Source: a virus (lineage: Duplodnaviria; Caudoviricetes). From it: a stretch of 64,000 nucleotides of DNA. Each line of letters begins with the position of its first letter. Position 1 is the first letter of the stretch. The stretch lies in the IMG/VR virus record IMGVR_UViG_3300037312_000330, positions 1 to 64,000 of that record. One strand, 5' to 3'. Positions 1-8,653 of the stretch are shown here, one piece after another. The notes under the pieces were generated by a model. It was not told the origin of the DNA and did not search any database. It saw only the letters and a program-made list of their open reading frames with translations. The position numbers and the translations under genes are program-made.

Positions 1-151
1 CACCAGCACCAACTTCATACCTATGGGATGGAAAGAAGCTGAGTCTCAGGACGTGTCGGTACGAATCGAGAAGGCCAAGAAGAAGCGTATTGCCAATGAG
101 AAGGAGATCAAGCGACTGACTATGGGAACGAAAGCGAGTAGGTGGCGATGA
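1..151 (+). CDS. 3' end of a hypothetical protein, truncated by the window start
   Basis: Frame 2 is open from base 2 (TSTNFIPMGWKEAESQDVSVRIEKAKKKR...) to TGA at 149-151. The stop overlaps the next ATG (ATGA). Confidence 0.5.
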   Translation, partial: TSTNFIPMGWKEAESQDVSVRIEKAKKKRIANEKEIKRLTMGTKASRWR

Positions 152-273
152 GCAACGGAATGTTCTACTTCATCGAGACTGCCTGCGCTATCGAATTCCT
201 CGCGTGTGTTGTGATCCTAATATGGATGCCACGGGACATCAGAAGGAAGAGGCGTGAAAATCGTGTACGCTAG
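148..273 (+). CDS. small single-TM membrane protein (41 aa; below the ORF-track cutoff)
   Basis: MSNGMFYFIETACAIEFLACVVILIWMPRDIRRKRRENRVR*: a hydrophobic helix followed by a basic tail. ATGA-coupled to the upstream gene. Confidence 0.5.
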   Translation: MSNGMFYFIETACAIEFLACVVILIWMPRDIRRKRRENRVR

Positions 274-493
274 TCTTACTGGATACGAATACAACTGGAT
301 TGAAGAAGCTCTAAATGAACACTTCGAGTACATAAAGCGTGTCCAGACTTGGGCTGAGTTCTGGATGCGATTGCATCAGGAGACTCTTAGCTTCATGGCG
401 AAGTACGGCAGTCAGATGCCTGGAGTAGCATCATTGCGTCCTATGATGACTAACAGTGCTCTAACTTTCTATCCACAGTTGGAACGGAAATGA
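254..493 (+). CDS. hypothetical protein
   Basis: GTG start after an AGGAAGAGG purine tract. Stop overlaps the next ATG (ATGA). Confidence 0.6.
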   Translation: MKIVYASLTGYEYNWIEEALNEHFEYIKRVQTWAEFWMRLHQETLSFMAKYGSQMPGVASLRPMMTNSALTFYPQLERK

Positions 494-672
494 GTAAGAA
501 CGACGTAACTGGCGATTCACTGACAAGCAAGGCAACAACAGAAAAGTACAGAGAGGGGTGGGATCGAATCTTCGGCGATAAGAGGGAACAACCAAAGACT
601 GGTGAACTAATCGTCACAGGTTCTTTGTTGGACGAGATAGCACGCAAGCAAGTTGAAACGGATAAAGAATGA
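490..672 (+). CDS. small phage protein (NDxTGDxLxxK...YxxGWDxIF type)
   Basis: Motif pattern resembles a small protein family I recall from large phages. ATGA overlaps at both ends. Confidence 0.7.
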   Translation: MSKNDVTGDSLTSKATTEKYREGWDRIFGDKREQPKTGELIVTGSLLDEIARKQVETDKE

Positions 673-1322
673 CCAAGCTAATGTTCTGTGGAGAGTGCGG
701 AGATCTAGTTCCACCTGAACCACACGCGATGGTTCCGAAGTGGTGCAGATGTGGACGTCATGCTGTATGGTGGCGCGATCCACAGAAGGGGCTTATCAGT
801 GTGCACGACAAGTGGATGCCTGAACGTAATGGTGGCGACGGGGGTAAGGGATGGGTGATCGGGATAGCGAATAATATCCTGACGTTCCCAGGAGTAAGCC
901 AGAGAACGAACTACCCTCTGGATAATCTGTCTGAAGAAGACAAGGCGCTTCCAGATTTCCAGCCTAAGCACAATTGGAAGTATGGGACGTTCTACGGGAA
1001 CACCGTGACGCGTCCGCAATGGGTGAAGAAGATGTTGGAGCTGATGGAGGACACCTACATCTTCAAGGAAGCAGGTTCTCTAATCATCAGAATTGCACCT
1101 GGATGCAGTGGAGACAGTCGATGGGACGCAATCGTCCCAGAACATCCAAAGGCAATTGTTAGGAAACGACTAATGATGAGGGCAATAGATTCGGCGCAGC
1201 GTCTTGAGGATCTTTCCAAGGCAGAAGCTGAACGAGGCAACACTTCTCTGGCTGAGCAACTGCACGAAGCTCATGTTCTATTGAGCTGCTACCGAAGTGC
1301 ACTCTATAATGAGGATATCTAA
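669..1322 (+). CDS. hypothetical protein with N-terminal Zn-ribbon (CGEC...CRCG)
   Basis: 217-aa ORF, ATGA-coupled, followed directly by a terminator. Confidence 0.7.
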   Translation: MTKLMFCGECGDLVPPEPHAMVPKWCRCGRHAVWWRDPQKGLISVHDKWMPERNGGDGGKGWVIGIANNILTFPGVSQRTNYPLDNLSEEDKALPDFQPKHNWKYGTFYGNTVTRPQWVKKMLELMEDTYIFKEAGSLIIRIAPGCSGDSRWDAIVPEHPKAIVRKRLMMRAIDSAQRLEDLSKAEAERGNTSLAEQLHEAHVLLSCYRSALYNEDI

Positions 1323-1353
1323 AAAGAAAAGGGACCCTAGGGTCCCTTTCTTT
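1323..1353. terminator. bidirectional intrinsic terminator
   Basis: Perfect 22-bp palindrome AAAGGGACCCTAGGGTCCCTTT (1328-1349) with an A-tract on the left and a T-tract on the right. It lies between convergent genes. Confidence 0.9.
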
Positions 1354-1912
1354 ATGCTGCGAGGAGTTGATCCTGTGCAGAAGTGTTCTGATGCCACATG
1401 ATGCTGAGAATTGGCTGACACTCAATCAACTTTCCGGTGGCAATTCGTTTCTTCAAGCGGGATCTGGTGTTGTATCGCTTGGTATCCGTAATCTTCTTCT
1501 CTTTACGCTGAGAAAGTAAGGTTGCGAGCTTCTCTTGATAAAGAGTCTCTGTGCGAGCCAATGCGAACGAATCGTTTACTACAGCACAAAGAGCAATGTA
1601 CTTCTCTTCTTGGAAGCGTTCCAGTTTTCGCTTCCACGCCAGCTCAAGGCGTTCTCGGGCGCTCATGTTTCTGGTAGGCGGTTCCTCGTCGATTTCACCA
1701 TCGCTGATCCGACGTCGATACACAGGAAGCGAAGTGCCGCCGTTCACAGGGGCATCGTATCTGCAAATCACCAGCTTTGGTCGCAGCGTTTGCATGATCT
1801 CCTTTGCGGTGGTAATCGAACAGTGCATCACGCGAGCCAGATCCACATAAGAGAACATCCTGTTCTCAAATTTATCCCACGCTCTTTCAACCGTCAACTT
1901 CGCAACTGTCAT
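1352..1912 (-). CDS. putative HTH DNA-binding protein
   Basis: The ATG at 1912 has a strong AAGGAGG RBS, so it is preferred over the ORF-track start at 1936. FSYVDLARVMHCSITTAKEIM is HTH-like, and the C-terminus is basic. Confidence 0.6.
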   Translation of the reverse strand: MTVAKLTVERAWDKFENRMFSYVDLARVMHCSITTAKEIMQTLRPKLVICRYDAPVNGGTSLPVYRRRISDGEIDEEPPTRNMSARERLELAWKRKLERFQEEKYIALCAVVNDSFALARTETLYQEKLATLLSQRKEKKITDTKRYNTRSRLKKRIATGKLIECQPILSIMWHQNTSAQDQLLAA

Positions 1913-1939
1913 AATGCCTCCTTTTGATAGTTGCACTAC

Positions 1940-1948
1940 TTATTTACA
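1940..1948 (-). promoter_or_regulatory. candidate T4-late-like promoter element TGTAAATAA
   Basis: Intergenic, 27 nt upstream of the ATG at 1912. The same 9-mer occurs at 18002-18010. It resembles the T4 late consensus TATAAATA. Confidence 0.4.
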
Positions 1949-1968
1949 GTATTCGCGTCGTTAACATT

Positions 1969-2526
1969 TCAGTTGAGATCGGCAGCAAGCACGTCTACAG
2001 CTTCTTCCCATCGTATTAGAGATCTACTTTTATGTAGATTGAACCGGATAGCTGCAAGTGTTCTTGGTGTTGTCTTTGGTATTGATTGATGCGGTAGACC
2101 TGTTCTAACCAAATAGGCGTGTTCGTCAAAGTTGAGACTACCGAGCTCGCGCATAGAACTTGGATTGTACTTTGAGAACCACACACCCATCTTATATTCT
2201 TCGGTTGCTTTGACGGATGGCTCAAAGAACTTGAGACAGGACTTCCCGACTAGTTCTATATTGATAGAACAGTCCACTTTTCCGTTGGATGTCAAATCGT
2301 CGTGTATGACTGTCCAACATAGTTCATGGAAGCTGAATATCAAAAATTCAGGGGTCAGCTCCAAGTTGCGATCGGCGAACCAAATCTTTACTTCAGCACT
2401 TAGATTGTCAGACGAGCTTTGCACTAGGCGTTCGGTAGCATTGGGTAACGTGAAAGTATCTTGGAGTATTTTCTTTGGGAACGTCTTTACCATTCGCCAC
2501 AGGTCTGATTGCTGTGGCTGCATCAA
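1969..2526 (-). CDS. 2OG/Fe(II)-dependent dioxygenase-like (DSBH fold)
   Basis: HxD (IHDD), then CSINIEL, distal His (GLPH) and R-x-x-x-x-x-RF. Same pattern as four paralogs. Confidence 0.65.
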   Translation of the reverse strand: MMQPQQSDLWRMVKTFPKKILQDTFTLPNATERLVQSSSDNLSAEVKIWFADRNLELTPEFLIFSFHELCWTVIHDDLTSNGKVDCSINIELVGKSCLKFFEPSVKATEEYKMGVWFSKYNPSSMRELGSLNFDEHAYLVRTGLPHQSIPKTTPRTLAAIRFNLHKSRSLIRWEEAVDVLAADLN

Positions 2527-3095
2527 GTTTTCCTTGCTGTCAGATGAGACAGAACCCTTTCAGCAGGAACACCGAATCCGTATGATATCAGTAGTCTGTT
2601 TCCTAGACTGGTTTGGTAAACGGCATGCACACGGCTTACATCCAACAGATAAGAACATCCATCGTTTACCGTGTGATCTTCATACTCTCTGTCAAACGTG
2701 TCGAAGTCGTCGTCCAAACTAACGCGCGTGACAGCGACATCTGAGTCACGTATTCCTATGTTGATGCAGCACAGACGACCACCTTCATCGCGATGTGGTG
2801 CAATGTTTCCATACGTTCGCATGAAAGCAACTCTGTTTGGATCCAGAGGCCAATCTGGAAGCAAGGACGACAGATACTCGATAACGTGATAGGCTGCCTC
2901 AGGCCAATGTGTGCCGATATTTCGACAAAAGCTGATGCGTCCTGTGTGGAAACCTTCGTTGTTGTATTCCATCCACATGAAATTACTTACGCTAGGTTGC
3001 GGACTTCCATATTTGTGAACATGGACCGGCAGTGTATCCAGGATTCTGAGATCCATAGTTGCCGGAAAAGCGAACCCACTGCCGATCTTAATCAT
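2523..3095 (-). CDS. 2OG/Fe(II)-dependent dioxygenase-like
   Basis: IAPHRD...CCINIGI...LLDVSRVHAV...NRLLISYGF. The ATG at 3095 forms an ATGA overlap with the upstream stop. Confidence 0.7.
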   Translation of the reverse strand: MIKIGSGFAFPATMDLRILDTLPVHVHKYGSPQPSVSNFMWMEYNNEGFHTGRISFCRNIGTHWPEAAYHVIEYLSSLLPDWPLDPNRVAFMRTYGNIAPHRDEGGRLCCINIGIRDSDVAVTRVSLDDDFDTFDREYEDHTVNDGCSYLLDVSRVHAVYQTSLGNRLLISYGFGVPAERVLSHLTARKT

Positions 3096-3871
3096 GCACA
3101 CCACCCCTTCTTAAATACCCATCGGATAAGGAACGCACTCACATCCAACTCCCACCACGCTTCGCCGTGACGGTATGATCCTGCACGATTGTGGTGATTG
3201 TTGTGCCACCCTTCTCCAAGACTGAGGATCGTTGTGATGAAACTGTTACAGGAGCTGTCCTCTGTGTCGTGGAAGCGGTAGTTGCCAGGGATCCACTTGA
3301 GATGTGGGATGACTGCGACTGACGCGGCGCCGTGGAAACATCCGACTGCCGGGATCGCCCACAGGAAGGGCACGAGCAGTGGATTGATGGACGCCAGTAC
3401 GAGCACATATACCACCACCAGACTGAAGTAATGCTCGTGCAGCCACCGAAGTCGGCGATCACGTACGAACTTGCGATACACACTCAGGGGAATCGACATC
3501 TTCGGCCAGAAGGTGAACCAAGAGCCGAACAAGCCAGCATTCTTAGGACTGTGAGGGTCCTTGTCGTCATCCGAATGGATATGGTGGAAGATGTGCACCA
3601 CACCCCACGCAGTTGGTGATCCTAGCATTGGGAAGAAGCTGGCGATCAGCAGAAACCATTCCCGAAATCGGCCTGTCTTGAATGACTTGTGGCTCCAGTA
3701 GCGATGTAGGCTAATATTGACTCCGACTATGCCTGCGAACAGGAACATGCCGAACGCTAACCACGCCCAGAACCAGTCTCTTGATTGAAACAGGTAGTAG
3801 ATTCCGTAGGCGGCTGACATATGTGAGAACAGATGCAGTACACGGAACTTTTGCGTGATGCTTAGAGACAT
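3092..3871 (-). CDS. membrane fatty-acid desaturase family protein (delta-9-like)
   Basis: Three His boxes (HRYWSH, HIFHH, HNNHH), TM helices and the terminal WWELD motif. The ATG at 3871 has a GGAG RBS. Confidence 0.9.
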   Translation of the reverse strand: MSLSITQKFRVLHLFSHMSAAYGIYYLFQSRDWFWAWLAFGMFLFAGIVGVNISLHRYWSHKSFKTGRFREWFLLIASFFPMLGSPTAWGVVHIFHHIHSDDDKDPHSPKNAGLFGSWFTFWPKMSIPLSVYRKFVRDRRLRWLHEHYFSLVVVYVLVLASINPLLVPFLWAIPAVGCFHGAASVAVIPHLKWIPGNYRFHDTEDSSCNSFITTILSLGEGWHNNHHNRAGSYRHGEAWWELDVSAFLIRWVFKKGWCA

Positions 3872-4680
3872 TTGAAGTGCTCCGTTAGGCATATGCGATT
3901 GGTTGACCCACGTTTCAGGTGATCGTACTTGGGGTCGTCAGTAGTAGCCATGAATACTACGTCTGAGGGTGTGAATCGCTCACGTTGGCAAACTGATTGT
4001 TGTTGTTCCTCGTATGTCCGATACATGATGTTGACCGGAAGCCATTGCATGATCTGATTCCATGCTGCGACATTGTCATGACGGAAGTACCCAGACTGCA
4101 TCAAGCCTTCCATAAGTTGGACAGGCGTTCGGCTGAACCACAACCCCATACGCATCTCAGGTATCCCGAACATCTTGCTTGCACTGAACAGGACATCCGT
4201 TGTGTTAGCTGGTGGTTTCAGAGGAGAATGGGGGCGTTTAGAAGCACCGATATACGCGCAGTCTAGAGTGGATGCCGCAAACTGACTGGCATAACTTGTG
4301 ATGTGTTCTGGCTTATAGTTCCCGTCGATTGCAGATGGATATGTTTCGTACCAACGGTTGATGACTTTTCCAAGTGCAGGTGGCTGCAGGAAGCGAAGCC
4401 ATTCGTAGTCTCCACCACGCATACCTACATTTTCACCACGAGTGGCTATCATGTTCAGTGCGTCTGTGATCCCATTCACAGGGTACATGAAGCCGAATTC
4501 ACTGAGATCAATGTAGTCAGAGACGTAATGGGGAAACTCTGCCTTGAGATGTTTCAACCCAGACTGTACGTTTGAGGGACTGTGCGCCTGATATTCTTTG
4601 TGGTCAGCCAAAAGACCGTCTACTCTATCCAATCGAGGCACTGTTATGCCCCGTGCCTTGATGCGTTCCAGATTGTTCAT
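3862..4680 (-). CDS. PLP-dependent fold-type-I enzyme (aminotransferase-like, truncated)
   Basis: NGITDAL, LDCAY (Asp contacting the pyridine N), FSASKMFG (Schiff-base Lys) and RMG. Confidence 0.8.
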   Translation of the reverse strand: MNNLERIKARGITVPRLDRVDGLLADHKEYQAHSPSNVQSGLKHLKAEFPHYVSDYIDLSEFGFMYPVNGITDALNMIATRGENVGMRGGDYEWLRFLQPPALGKVINRWYETYPSAIDGNYKPEHITSYASQFAASTLDCAYIGASKRPHSPLKPPANTTDVLFSASKMFGIPEMRMGLWFSRTPVQLMEGLMQSGYFRHDNVAAWNQIMQWLPVNIMYRTYEEQQQSVCQRERFTPSDVVFMATTDDPKYDHLKRGSTNRICLTEHFKCL

Positions 4681-5251
4681 CTTGTTCCTTTGTTACGTCG
4701 AATTCAAACGTGTAGACGTCGACGTATGTACCGTCTTCCAGCTTCATGCCTCGTGGTTCCGTCCACATGAGTTTGGCACCCAAAGCAAGGTTGATATCGC
4801 GCGATGTGTCGTGCGCTGTTGACGATTGTGCTATCACTGTCTCGTATCCGCGTGCTCTTGCTTCAGACAGCATGTGCTTCTTGAGTCTATAGCCAACACC
4901 ATGAGCATACTGCATGTTCAATCGTGCTAACTTCTCACGGATGCGTGGAGGCTTGTCTACATAAGTTACTGATAGAGCTGCCTTGTGACGACGCTTGATC
5001 TCTGTTGGAAAGATCATAGTGAGCGTTCCTATTGTCTCTCCATCAAGTATGGCAAGCGCGATGCAAAGGTAGTTGTTCCCTATCTGATTGCGTATGAATG
5101 CTGGATCAGCATTGTACGAAGTTGCCAATATCTTATCTGGATACTTTGCAATAGCTTCCTGTCGCAGTCGTATGTGATCTAGGAACAAGATGTCTGGATC
5201 ATCTATGCGTAATGTGCGTACTATCAACTCTGGTTGTGGTTGCGCGTCCAT
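4625..5251 (-). CDS. GNAT-family N-acyltransferase
   Basis: TYV...HGVGYRLKKHML motif A, SRDINLALG motif B and the EPRGMKL...YVD C-terminal pattern. Confidence 0.8.
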   Translation of the reverse strand: MDAQPQPELIVRTLRIDDPDILFLDHIRLRQEAIAKYPDKILATSYNADPAFIRNQIGNNYLCIALAILDGETIGTLTMIFPTEIKRRHKAALSVTYVDKPPRIREKLARLNMQYAHGVGYRLKKHMLSEARARGYETVIAQSSTAHDTSRDINLALGAKLMWTEPRGMKLEDGTYVDVYTFEFDVTKEQDEQSGTHQGTGHNSASIG

Positions 5252-6024
5252 GTCTTCTTGTCCAGTGATTTGGCGATAAGGCCTTCAATGTCGATCTCAA
5301 ACCACCGATGCGAATTCACGATCTCTCGTGGGTGCTTGTGATGATTGTTGTGCCAGCCGAACCCAAACGTCAAGTATCCGAGCAACACGTGATTCCAGCT
5401 TTTGTCTGGTGTGTCGAAATTGCGGTAACTGCCTGGGATTTTCATGTGACTCAAGCTGCTGACCATATTTACACGACAGTGCTCGATCATTGCAGGAACG
5501 ATAAGAAAATTCGCCAGTGCCCATGGACCACCTGTTATCCACAAGACGAATGCCGTGAAATAGAACAATAGTATGAATTCCTTAGACAGGAACATCAAGA
5601 ACTTATCCTTGACAATACGACGCACACATCTGTTGTGGATGTCTGTCTTTTGTAGTGCTTCCTTACGCATTCGATATGTGAAGAACGATTCCCAAAAGCC
5701 GTAGTGATCTGGTGAAGAGGGATCTTCAATAGTGTCTGCGACCATGTGGTGCTTCTGGTGAATGGCTGTCCAGAACAAGACAGGTGCGTAGAAACTCCAC
5801 GTTCCAAGAATGGCTAACAGATACTCGATAGGCTTCCATGTGTCGATCTGTCGATGCGAGAACAGCTTGTGGAAACCTACACCTTGACCTACTGGCCCCA
5901 TAAGGAACCAGATACCGAAGATCAGCCACCAATTGAGTTGAATCTCATGGTGAAACTCTGCAATGCCAATTCCTACTGTCCAGACAAACATCGGGATAAA
6001 GACATATCGGAAGTAGCTGTTCAT
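5224..6024 (-). CDS. membrane fatty-acid desaturase family protein
   Basis: His boxes HKLFSH, HQKHH and HNNHH, plus WFEID. The ATG at 6024 forms an ATGA overlap with the upstream stop. Confidence 0.9.
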   Translation of the reverse strand: MNSYFRYVFIPMFVWTVGIGIAEFHHEIQLNWWLIFGIWFLMGPVGQGVGFHKLFSHRQIDTWKPIEYLLAILGTWSFYAPVLFWTAIHQKHHMVADTIEDPSSPDHYGFWESFFTYRMRKEALQKTDIHNRCVRRIVKDKFLMFLSKEFILLFYFTAFVLWITGGPWALANFLIVPAMIEHCRVNMVSSLSHMKIPGSYRNFDTPDKSWNHVLLGYLTFGFGWHNNHHKHPREIVNSHRWFEIDIEGLIAKSLDKKTWTRNHNQS

Positions 6025-6617
6025 ATTCTGTTCTTGTATTTCAACTCGTGTCTGAGGATTGCGATGTGCCTGTTTGCAGGCCATTCTAGCGGAGTTAGCT
6101 GCTGGAAAAGGCGAGGCAACTTCTCCAGTTCTGTTGGTGTCTTCAGGATGTGTATGGCACGCGAATCGTAACGATCTATGTTGCCGATCTCAGGATGTCG
6201 ACTGGTCAGATATTCTTCGACATTGTGCCAGTACACTCGACTCGGAATCCGTCGGACCATGTAAAACGAAAAACGCCCCTCCGACTCCATGATTTGCATC
6301 ACAGGCCAGATGAGGCGCTCGATTTGGTACGTACGGACTTTGGTGCTTATGTCACGAGCCCGCGTCAAACCGATCACCCAATCTCCAATCGAGTTCCGTT
6401 TGAGACCCCACAGACTGTTCACTGTGTAGCTCACATTCAGAAGGTCGATGTTGCCTGCTGCGTTCAGCTCTGCGCTCACGTATACCCCTGGACTTCCTTT
6501 GTAAATTTCATGTTCAATGGAATTCCAAGTGTTCCACTCATGTTGTGTCATGCGGTTACGCCATGAATGGTGCTTAAACTCGTCCAGCAACGGGAGATGG
6601 GTACGGTCTAGGATCAT
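6021..6617 (-). CDS. hypothetical protein, possibly a divergent GNAT fold
   Basis: W-VIGLTRARD followed by a helix and EGRFSFY resembles the GNAT core topology. Coupled by ATGA overlaps. Confidence 0.45.
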   Translation of the reverse strand: MILDRTHLPLLDEFKHHSWRNRMTQHEWNTWNSIEHEIYKGSPGVYVSAELNAAGNIDLLNVSYTVNSLWGLKRNSIGDWVIGLTRARDISTKVRTYQIERLIWPVMQIMESEGRFSFYMVRRIPSRVYWHNVEEYLTSRHPEIGNIDRYDSRAIHILKTPTELEKLPRLFQQLTPLEWPANRHIAILRHELKYKNRI

Positions 6618-7093
6618 TTCGGATTGGCTAGGAGAGACAGGATTCCAGATTCGTCCAATGCCTTGATCTCGTCCACAGTGAGACTGGTCTCGAAAGCGTC
6701 GTTCAAGGTTAGCTCTACCTTCGTGAGATTCAACATCTCGTCACGAACAGCTTTGAACTGCTGCAAGAGTGGCTCGTTAGCAACGGTGGTTTTGTATGCG
6801 TTGTAAGTGTCCAATGTGCTGAACATCAACATCGTGTACATCGTACCGGACGGCCCCATCATCTTCTCATACGCCTGCACTCCGGCAAACGTAGATGTGT
6901 ATTGTGTGAGCGTAGCTGTCAAGTCACGCATCTGCAAGTAGAGATCCTTATCGTAAGTTGTAGGATCTATCATGTAGCTACCGTCTGCATTCTTGTTATT
7001 TGCATTCACTATGTCATTGATGCGCTTAACAGTCATCCATCCAGGGCTCTTTGGATCGACAGGCTTCCAGGCGTTGATTTGCACAGCAGTCAT
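6614..7093 (-). CDS. hypothetical protein (Thr/Met/Tyr-rich, possible alpha+beta barrel)
   Basis: 159-aa ORF with ATGA overlaps on both sides. No catalytic motif recognised. Confidence 0.7.
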   Translation of the reverse strand: MTAVQINAWKPVDPKSPGWMTVKRINDIVNANNKNADGSYMIDPTTYDKDLYLQMRDLTATLTQYTSTFAGVQAYEKMMGPSGTMYTMLMFSTLDTYNAYKTTVANEPLLQQFKAVRDEMLNLTKVELTLNDAFETSLTVDEIKALDESGILSLLANPK

Positions 7094-7680
7094 AACGGTA
7101 CCTCTAGGTGTGAATTGACGTCTTCAAACGTCGGGTTGTCTTTGAAACGGAAGCTTACCATATATCGATGACACGGATTGTCCATGTTGTCTATCCTATG
7201 CCACACGTCTGTATTTACCAAAGTGGGTCGTTCGATGATGGTGCGGACAGACCCTTCATGTTCCCACTTGGTTGGATAGTTCTCTACTTCGTGTTTGGTG
7301 ACACGCACTATCGTCACTTTGTCTACGAATTCGTGTTCGACAAATGAATGATCGAACCATTCCATAATACCTTTGCCACAATCCCGAAGTGGGATGTTCA
7401 GGGCACACTTGCGATCACGACCATCCTTGTGGATCATGCCAGTGCTGTTCGCGCTGATACAGAACACCTGCATGAACTGTATTGGCAAGAATGACATACC
7501 TTGCTTGACGAAGTCCGGGATGTCGTCTGGAAACACGCGAGCGAACACGATGTGCGAATCTGGAGACTTTCTTACCTGTTCTTCAGACTTGGCATCGTCG
7601 ATGAACTGAGACGTCCATTTCTGGATGTCATAGTACCAAGGATTCCAATCGTACTTTCGGAAAACGTCAGCTAGTTCCAT
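7090..7680 (-). CDS. 2OG/Fe(II)-dependent dioxygenase-like
   Basis: IHKD...CALNIPL...LVNTDVWHRI...HRYMVSFRF. Confidence 0.75.
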   Translation of the reverse strand: MELADVFRKYDWNPWYYDIQKWTSQFIDDAKSEEQVRKSPDSHIVFARVFPDDIPDFVKQGMSFLPIQFMQVFCISANSTGMIHKDGRDRKCALNIPLRDCGKGIMEWFDHSFVEHEFVDKVTIVRVTKHEVENYPTKWEHEGSVRTIIERPTLVNTDVWHRIDNMDNPCHRYMVSFRFKDNPTFEDVNSHLEVPL

Positions 7681-7885
7681 TTTGTTCTCCTTGTTCCATA
7701 TATGATCGAATGATGTCTCGCGCGCCTTCCAGAGTCTGATACCAGCAGCTCAATTCGGCTAGACATTTGTCCTGGATAGTGATCTTTGGTTGGGAACCGG
7801 ATGAATCGTTTGCCTTTAGTTCTTCCAGTGTGTGTCCGCTGAAGAGCCAACGGAACATCTGTTCATCAGTTATTTCAGGAACCAT
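7667..7885 (-). CDS. small hypothetical protein (72 aa)
   Basis: Fills the gap between the desaturase and dioxygenase genes and overlaps both. Confidence 0.6.
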   Translation of the reverse strand: MVPEITDEQMFRWLFSGHTLEELKANDSSGSQPKITIQDKCLAELSCWYQTLEGARDIIRSYMEQGEQNGTS

Positions 7886-8652
7886 AGCCAGAGACGAGAC
7901 GGATCGAATTCATACCACTCGGTGCCGAAGTCATAGCGATTGGGCAGCGCGTGGTGCGAGTTATGGAATCCTTGACCCCAAGAGAGATAGCCAAAGATCA
8001 AGTTGTTCTGGCTGTTGTCTCGTGTCTCGAAATTCCGGTAACCGACCAAGAGCTTGCGATGTCCTACTATGTTCACCAGATTGTCCATCAGCAGGCTGAT
8101 TCCAGTCGGCAGAACACAGGCCGTTAGCGCCAACTTCCAGTCCAGCATAGTGATCAGAATAGGGGTCAACCACAGGATCTTGAGTTGGTGCTTGTGGAAC
8201 CATACGTGATTCGGTTTGCGTAGCAGATCAACTGCGTACTTCATATTGATGCTATTGGACATTTCTGTGATACCCAATGTCCACCCGAAGAAGGCATGCC
8301 ACAGACCCTTCTTCGGGGTGTGCGGATCGCGTTCTCTATCTGAATACGGATGGTGGTATCCTCTATGTATTGCGGTCCACGTTATAGAACTTCCTTGCCC
8401 ACTCAGTGCTCCGAAAAACAGGATCACGTTCTCTTTCCATCTCGGGAGCTGGTGTGTCCGGTGGCTGAAGACTCTGTGATATCCCACAGCAACTCCCAGT
8501 CCTGAGATCAAACACCACATAATGAAGGTCGTGAATAGATACTGTGCTGGGATCGTACCTATAGCAAGCAATGTAATGGTGATCACCGATAGTGTGATCG
8601 CTGGGGCGAACGAAAGCCATGCGTATTTAGAGATGTGTTTGAGACTGAACAT
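7870..8652 (-). CDS. membrane fatty-acid desaturase family protein
   Basis: His boxes HRVFSH, HRGYHH (H-X3-HH) and HNSHH, plus WYEFDPS. Confidence 0.9.
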   Translation of the reverse strand: MFSLKHISKYAWLSFAPAITLSVITITLLAIGTIPAQYLFTTFIMWCLISGLGVAVGYHRVFSHRTHQLPRWKENVILFFGALSGQGSSITWTAIHRGYHHPYSDRERDPHTPKKGLWHAFFGWTLGITEMSNSINMKYAVDLLRKPNHVWFHKHQLKILWLTPILITMLDWKLALTACVLPTGISLLMDNLVNIVGHRKLLVGYRNFETRDNSQNNLIFGYLSWGQGFHNSHHALPNRYDFGTEWYEFDPSRLWLWFLK

Positions 8653-8653
8653 G

